Below are positions 58,865 through 64,000 of a stretch of 64,000 nt of DNA, one piece after another. Under the pieces are notes generated by a model, which saw only the letters and a list, made by a program, of their open reading frames with translations, was not told the origin of the DNA and did not search any database. The translations under genes were made by a program, and so were the position numbers. Each line of letters opens with the position of its first letter. Position 1 is the first letter of the stretch. The stretch covers positions 1-64,000 of the IMG/VR virus record IMGVR_UViG_3300037295_000333; one strand, given 5' to 3'. This DNA is from a virus (lineage: Duplodnaviria > Caudoviricetes).

Positions 58865-59032
58865 ATGACAACTATTTCAAACACTACAGCAACACAAACA
58901 GCAATTCAATTAGTAATTATGGATGCGATAGAAAAAGGACACATAAATAAAAACGATTTAATTGAATTTATGAAATCAGAAGTTTTTGAAAAAGCTGTTA
59001 AAAACTACGTTAAACTTTTAAAAACACTATAA
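58865..59032 (+). CDS. small hypothetical protein (55 aa), divergently transcribed
   Basis: MTTISNTTATQTAIQLVIMDAIEKGHINKNDLIEFMKSEVFEKAVKNYVKLLKTL, after a plus-strand TATCTTTG at 58822. Confidence 0.65.
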   Translation: MTTISNTTATQTAIQLVIMDAIEKGHINKNDLIEFMKSEVFEKAVKNYVKLLKTL

Positions 59033-59149
59033 ATGAAAATTCAAAAATATCTAGCAACATTTAGCCTGGCTTTATTGGAAACACTTTATTTAAAAAAATT
59101 ATTTTTAAAAATAAATGTTAAAAAACTTGTGAGAACAAAACTATAGTTG

Positions 59150-60880
59150 TATCTTTACACTATAATAAAAAGCAAAGTTAAACACTTGAGACGTAGACTC
59201 CGTCAAACCTTATAATTAAATCTTGATTTACAAAAAACCTTTTTAGTAAAGGTACGTAAAAAATAATGAATAAAAAAATAGGATATTAAAAATATTGTTT
59301 TCAAAAATAATCCTTCCGTACAATTTATGTTAATTATTTGTTAAAAGTTTGGTTTTTAAAAATATTGTTTTTGCAAATAAACTTTAACAAATGTTATTTT
59401 GAAAACCCGATTTTTTGAAATCAAAAGTTTTTGAAAATAAATTTGTTTTGTATTATTATATTTTGTATCTTTACGTTGGCGCTTTTTACTTTTTAAAAAA
59501 ATGAATTTGGAAAAAAGTTTTTTAGTAAAAATACAACAAAAATAGTTTTAAAAAAAATAGGATATTAAAAATTTTTAGTTATTAGGTTTTGTTAAATATT
59601 GTTTTTGGAAAACTGTTTTTTTAAAAACCAAACTTTTAACAAAACTTTAACATAAGAGCCACTGAAGAAACTTTATGGAAAGATTAACAAATGTTTTTTG
59701 GAAATATGATTTTTTTAAATAACTTTTTAAAATTTGACTTATACAAGTTTTTAACAAAACTTTAACACAGAAGCCACTGAAGAATTTAAAACAAATCGGT
59801 ATCATAAAGTTACGACTTATTTTTGTATTTTACAAATTTATTTTTAAAAACTTTTGATTTTAAAAAATCGGATTTTGCAAGTTTTTTTTTAGAAAAGATT
59901 TTTGTATAGCTACTATGTATAACATAGTACCGTCCACTGAATTTTTGGAAACATATTTTTTTAAATCCTATTTTTTTATTCAATTTTTTTTACGTATCTT
60001 TGTAGAAAAAGGATTTTTGTAAATTGGTTTTTTAAAAAAAAGACTTTTAGTGAAGGTACGAATAAAATTTGTCTTTGACAAACTATTTTATACTTTTGTT
60101 TTAAAAATAATTTATGTCCTATATTTATCCAGTTCTTATACTATATGAAACGATTACAATTTTTACCCCATTTTTGTAGGAAAAATTAAATTTTTGCAAA
60201 AACAACGATGTCAATGAGAGTCGCACTTTAGTATACTTTTTTTCGGGGTTATATAAAACTTTTTTTGTAGGAAAAATTTTTTAAAAAGTAGGTTTAAAAT
60301 TAGGATTTGTCGAAAAAAAGTGTATTGTGCAATAATGGTGGTCAAAAAATTGGATTTGAAAAATTTTTTTTCAAAATATAAAAATCGCACGTTTTAAAAA
60401 CTTTTTTTTGTAAAATACTTTTTGATAAAAAAATTATCCAAACTTTTCATGACAAATCTTGTCATAAAATAACCTTTTACCGACAATTATTATAAAAAAT
60501 TACTCTTTGATGGTTTATATTTTTTAAAATCTTTTTTTTACAAAATATACTATATCAACAACTTACAAAAATTTAAGTGGGAAAAAGTCATAAAAAAAAC
60601 ATATAAAACCTTAAAAATCAAAACAAATCATTTAAAACCCTTCTTTTTTCTTTATAATCCTATGCTAATATCTTACTCTATTCTATTTACTTTATGATTG
60701 ATTTATTGTTTTTATTTATTTCTCTTCTTTATTTTTGTTGTAGTTTATTTTTTTTATTATTCCTTATCTTTATTTTCCATTAAGTTAAACTTTTTATTAA
60801 AATCATTTTTAGGCTATTTTAAGGCATTAAAAATTATTTTCTATATAAGTAGGCATAAAATGTATTATCTTGTCTTAGAA
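59150..60880. repeat. ORF-poor, very AT-rich region with nested inverted and direct repeats
   Basis: Inverted repeats 59238-59307/59941-60012, 59402-59445/59831-59876 and 59338-59362/59618-59642; direct repeat 59634-59669/59749-59784. Confidence 0.8.
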
Positions 60881-60886
60881 CAGCCT

Positions 60887-61111
60887 TTAAATTACTACAA
60901 TTTGATTCTCATGCATATTGTTGTTCACCTTTAATCTCATTCCTTTGTAATAAAAATAATTAGTCTTTTTTATATGAGTTTTATTTACTAGATTTTTAAA
61001 GTCTTTCTCGCCCAACATTATTACAGATGGACTTTGTATGCTTGCTTTTAGATTTGACTTTGATATTAATTCTATCTTTGCCTTAATCTTTCCTTCTAGT
61101 ATTTTATTCAT
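60887..61111 (-). CDS. hypothetical protein
   Basis: ORF track. Confidence 0.55.
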   Translation of the reverse strand: MNKILEGKIKAKIELISKSNLKASIQSPSVIMLGEKDFKNLVNKTHIKKTNYFYYKGMRLKVNNNMHENQIVVI

Positions 61112-61140
61112 CGTTTGTATTTTATTTTAATTTATAATTT

Positions 61141-61225
61141 TGTAGTTGCAATGGATTTGAACCACTATAAATTTAAGCTCCATTCACTTTAACTCCTTTG
61201 AGTATTATTTATTTAACAACTCCAT
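61141..61225 (-). other. degenerate tRNA-like element
   Basis: AGTGG-TTCAAAT-CCATT T arm, plus a GGAGTTGT/GCAACTAC acceptor-like pairing. Confidence 0.35.
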
Positions 61226-61400
61226 GAGATACCTCTCATTTAGGCACATAAGATTAACTTTTTTATGTGAGAAAATTAGTTTTGATAGCTTAGCTTCCGT
61301 CCAAGTATCCCAGACATTACTGATTTTTAAGTCTTTAGACCTTAAGGAGCAGATTCCCTCACGATATAGTTTTTTTGAAATGGTGGTCGCTAACCATTTT

Positions 61401-61475
61401 TGTTGCAGTAAAGGGACTCGAACCCTCTTTTATACCTATTTTCATGGGTAAGAAATTAAAGTAACCTTACACGAT
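61401..61475 (-). other. degenerate tRNA-like element
   Basis: GAGGG-TTCGAGT-CCCTT T arm; upstream TACC/GGTA stem enclosing AT-GAA-AA; no good acceptor stem. Confidence 0.4.
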
Positions 61476-61612
61476 TCTCATTTATTTAGTTAACATTATA
61501 AATGGTTGTCTTATTCTTTTTATACCACACTCCTTCGCAAGACTTTCATCAAGCATCCTTATAGCTTAATTAATTAGGCTTTTGGCTGGACTCTACCAAT
61601 TTTAATTTTTAT

Positions 61613-61620
61613 CAAAGATA
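61613..61620 (-). promoter_or_regulatory. Bacteroidota sigma70 -7 element
   Basis: TATCTTTG, upstream of the tRNA-like cluster. Confidence 0.6.
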
Positions 61621-61748
61621 AACTAATTTATTTAATATGCTAAATTTATATATGATTTTTATTATAATTATAAATGCGTTGCTGAACTGTTATTTCTTTC
61701 GTCTAAGATGAGGCATAGTTCCTTATCGCACTGGTACGCATTAATAAA

Positions 61749-61940
61749 TTATTTCATTATATCTTTTAATTGGTTTATTATTGATTGACTTCTTTCTCCC
61801 CAAAACATATCACACTTTCCCATTTTTATAGGTGGATCTACAAAAAAGGATTGCCTAAACTCTGATTTTTTTGCATTGAATCTATAACATCCGACTTTTA
61901 ATGGACAATCTTTTCCTGAACACATAGTTATATCTGCCAT
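61749..61940 (-). CDS. small Cys-rich conserved phage protein
   Basis: MADITMCSGKDCPLKVGCYRF...C pattern. Confidence 0.7.
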   Translation of the reverse strand: MADITMCSGKDCPLKVGCYRFNAKKSEFRQSFFVDPPIKMGKCDMFWGERSQSIINQLKDIMK

Positions 61941-62007
61941 ACTTTTTGTTGGTATTTACAAACATTAAGTGATTTTTATAGACTTAATGTTATGGTTAGT
62001 ACTGTTT

Positions 62008-63309
62008 TTATATATATCCTTTTATTCTTCTAGCTTTACGAACTATTCTAAACTCTCCACCTCTTAAATTTTCTCTAGGTTTACGACTATTAATTCCATA
62101 TCTTAATGCAGCTAGTTCATCTGGTTCGTGAGGTAGTTTATTATTTTTATCTCTTCTAAAGGTCATATAAGCATAGTATAGTCCTGAATCTTCACTACCT
62201 ATCATTACAATTGATTTATCTTGTACTTTCTTTATTCCTGATTCTACGTTACCCTTTGTACATCTTCTTATTCCACCGTAACCACCTAATCTAATTTCTT
62301 CAATTAATAACGGCATGGCAGAATCAGCATATATTTTAGCCGTAAATGAAACTTCAGCCATTCTTATTTCTCTTAACGTTTGCTTTATAGTTAAGCCTGC
62401 CTTTGAAAACATTTCTTGTACATAGTAAGTTTGCTCAAAGTAAGTAATTTTTATCAAAGAAGTTTTATCTTTTCCTCCATATCCAAAATCCAATCCATAC
62501 CAAGTATCGCCTTCATTATCAAAGTTATCCCATCTATCCCATCCACCATAAATTCTGCCTGAAACTTCTAATGTCCATTCAGCCATAATGGTATTGGTAT
62601 AGTAAGTTGGATTTGTTTTTTCTAAGTCTCTATATCTTTTTACTACAGACTCATTTAAATTATCAATATTGTCTAAAAAAGTAGAATGAATATAAATAGT
62701 ATCATCTAACCTTTCTCTTTTTTCAACTCCTTCTTTAAACCATTCCTTGTGTATCCAAGACTGTATGGATGAGGTTGGGTTGTAGATTAGAATTATCTTT
62801 AATGGTTTTCCCTTTATTCTTATTGATTCATCTACCTTTGAGAATTCGTCAAAACTTTCAACTTCTTCTGCTTCCTCAACGACTAAAGTTGTTATTCCTG
62901 ATAGCGACTTTAGTTTTGCGGTTTGTGTTCCCGTTGACCTTATGCCCTTAAATATTATTGTTGATCCTGTTTTTTTATTAGTAATTACTCCATTTGCAAT
63001 TCTAAAATCAGAAGCTAAACCCATTGTTTCAATTGCATTTTCTACGTCTGCGATTGTTGAGTCTTCAGAAGATGACATTGTTTGTCTTAAAAATAATATT
63101 TTATGTTTATACGGGCTATATGTTTTTTCTACCATAGCCACGGAGACAGTAAAAGATTTTCCTGATCCACGTCCACCATATACTTGATAATACCTAGGGT
63201 CTTCTAAGTTATCTTTAAATAAATCTGAAAACAATGGATTAATTAATAATTCTTTTATTTCGGGAGCGTTGTCTTTTTCAATTTCTGCATTGGTTCTCCT
63301 CTTTGCCAT
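62008..63309 (-). CDS. terL: terminase large subunit (PBSX/SPP1-like)
   Basis: YGGRGSGKS, LKSLSG, VVEEAEE, IYNP, HSTFLDN and GLDFGYG. Confidence 0.92.
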   Translation of the reverse strand: MAKRRTNAEIEKDNAPEIKELLINPLFSDLFKDNLEDPRYYQVYGGRGSGKSFTVSVAMVEKTYSPYKHKILFLRQTMSSSEDSTIADVENAIETMGLASDFRIANGVITNKKTGSTIIFKGIRSTGTQTAKLKSLSGITTLVVEEAEEVESFDEFSKVDESIRIKGKPLKIILIYNPTSSIQSWIHKEWFKEGVEKRERLDDTIYIHSTFLDNIDNLNESVVKRYRDLEKTNPTYYTNTIMAEWTLEVSGRIYGGWDRWDNFDNEGDTWYGLDFGYGGKDKTSLIKITYFEQTYYVQEMFSKAGLTIKQTLREIRMAEVSFTAKIYADSAMPLLIEEIRLGGYGGIRRCTKGNVESGIKKVQDKSIVMIGSEDSGLYYAYMTFRRDKNNKLPHEPDELAALRYGINSRKPRENLRGGEFRIVRKARRIKGYI

Positions 63310-63312
63310 ATT

Positions 63313-63729
63313 TTATTTTTTTAATCCAAATGTTATTTTAATGGGACTTACTCCACCATTGCCACTAAGAGTGGCTTCCATTTCTTCAGAGTCTTTTGCT
63401 TCTAAGTTAGTATCTAAATCTGATTTGTAAGTCTGCAATATATACTTTGATGCTTGAAAGTGTTGTGGATGCTCTTTGTCTTCTAATATTTTTTGAACAT
63501 TATCTGCTGCCATATCAACTAAGGTTCTTCTCATTATTTGAAACATTGCCCTTAACTCTGGACTTTCAGAAAATGCACCTGAAACCTGCCAAAGTGGAAT
63601 GTTACAATTTTTAGCTATCTCGCCTTTCGTTGTAAATCCTAAAATCATTGCCTGTTCTATAAGAGTTGATATTCTTTTTAATTTTTCACTTTTTTCTCTG
63701 CTTGCTTTTTTTGCTACTGGTTTTCCCAT
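63313..63729 (-). CDS. terminase small subunit (probable)
   Basis: HTH plus helical region, directly upstream of terL. Confidence 0.6.
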   Translation of the reverse strand: MGKPVAKKASREKSEKLKRISTLIEQAMILGFTTKGEIAKNCNIPLWQVSGAFSESPELRAMFQIMRRTLVDMAADNVQKILEDKEHPQHFQASKYILQTYKSDLDTNLEAKDSEEMEATLSGNGGVSPIKITFGLKK

Positions 63730-63927
63730 TTTTATCTATTTTTTTATTGTCTCGTCTTCAATTGACTTTATGAAGAACTCTAAAGTTTTGCAACATATAT
63801 TTAAAAATCCTGTTACTAATTTTATTGAGATTAAAAAAATCTTTGGTAAAAAGAGTAAAATTATAATAAATATTGATACAAATAATTTTCCTAATAATTT
63901 TACTACTTTCATTTGTTTTTTTGTTTT

Positions 63928-64000
63928 TGGAGATGGTTCGGGCTTTGAACCCGAATCTTTTCACTTTTGCAATTGCTTTTCCAATTAAGCTATCCATCTC
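63928..64000 (-). tRNA. tRNA-like element with intact acceptor, D and T arms but no anticodon stem
   Basis: GAGATGG/CCATCTC, GCTT-AATTGGAA-AAGC, TCGGG-TTCAAAG-CCCGA. Only 20 nt lie between the D and T stems. The 5' end is at the window edge. Confidence 0.6.

Noticed and set aside
50000-59790. CRISPR array or DGR (120-bp repeats; repeats at 59634/59749)
   Set aside because: The 120-bp units are in-frame coding repeats with no spacers. The other repeat has only two copies. No cas or reverse transcriptase gene is present.
61480-61600. Hammerhead or SAM riboswitch suggested by TTGATGAAAG
   Set aside because: The core is not CTGATGA with the required stems and GAAA arrangement, and no SAM-I/II consensus is present.
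147-63988. Plus-strand ORFs in the track (e.g. 147..374, 5549..5797, 40598..40855, 42692..43114, 53759..54103, 63599..63988)
   Set aside because: They are antisense shadows lying within strong minus-strand genes, with no promoter or leader and no recognisable motifs.
63758-63997. 79-aa minus-strand ORF
   Set aside because: It starts inside the tRNA-like element and continues through low-complexity A-rich sequence; likely spurious.
1-64000. Stop-codon reassignment (suggested by in-frame stops at 21117, 26513 and 54319)
   Set aside because: TAA, TAG (927, 9831, 37495, 56721) and TGA (22278) all end genes at expected positions, and long genes are intact under the standard code.
1-64000. Temperate lifestyle inferred from the antirepressor-like gene and tRNA 3' fragments
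   Set aside because: No integrase, repressor or ParA is seen in the window, and AntA/KilA-C proteins also occur in lytic phages.

Overview
This window is a 64-kb segment of an AT-rich tailed dsDNA phage genome. The host is most likely a Bacteroidota/Flavobacteriaceae member: intergenic regions carry many TAnnTTTG (-7) promoter elements, and starts have A-rich leaders without Shine-Dalgarno motifs. Almost all genes are on the minus strand. From right to left it contains: terminase small and large subunits; a ~1.6-kb ORF-poor repeat region with divergent promoters; early genes and a beta clamp; lysis and virion genes (GH19 endolysin, tail proteins, tape measure, InPase-ClpP protease, major capsid, tail tube, holin); and a large replication, recombination and nucleotide-metabolism block (epsilon-like exonuclease, DnaE, ThyA and ThyX, two dUTPases, three methyltransferases, SbcCD, RecA, RuvC-like resolvase, SNF2 helicase, RNase H, RNA ligase, HU). 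No portal or integrase was recognised. The most striking locus is DnaE, which is spread over four reading frames. It has (i) a split intein whose N-half carries a PD-(D/E)xK-like nuclease, (ii) a second break with intein-relic-like ends, (iii) a 5-nt interruption inside the catalytic PDIDxDF motif with matched ATT codons, a stop and an abutting 10-bp GC-rich hairpin (candidate translational bypass), and (iv) a contiguous LAGLIDADG intein. Other notable items are a multi-copy ~55-aa module fused to both dUTPases, an inverted-repeat-flanked HNH cassette, a catalytically gutted ribonucleotide reductase, and several tRNA-like elements with degenerate anticodon arms. All family calls come from motif recognition by eye; no database search was run.
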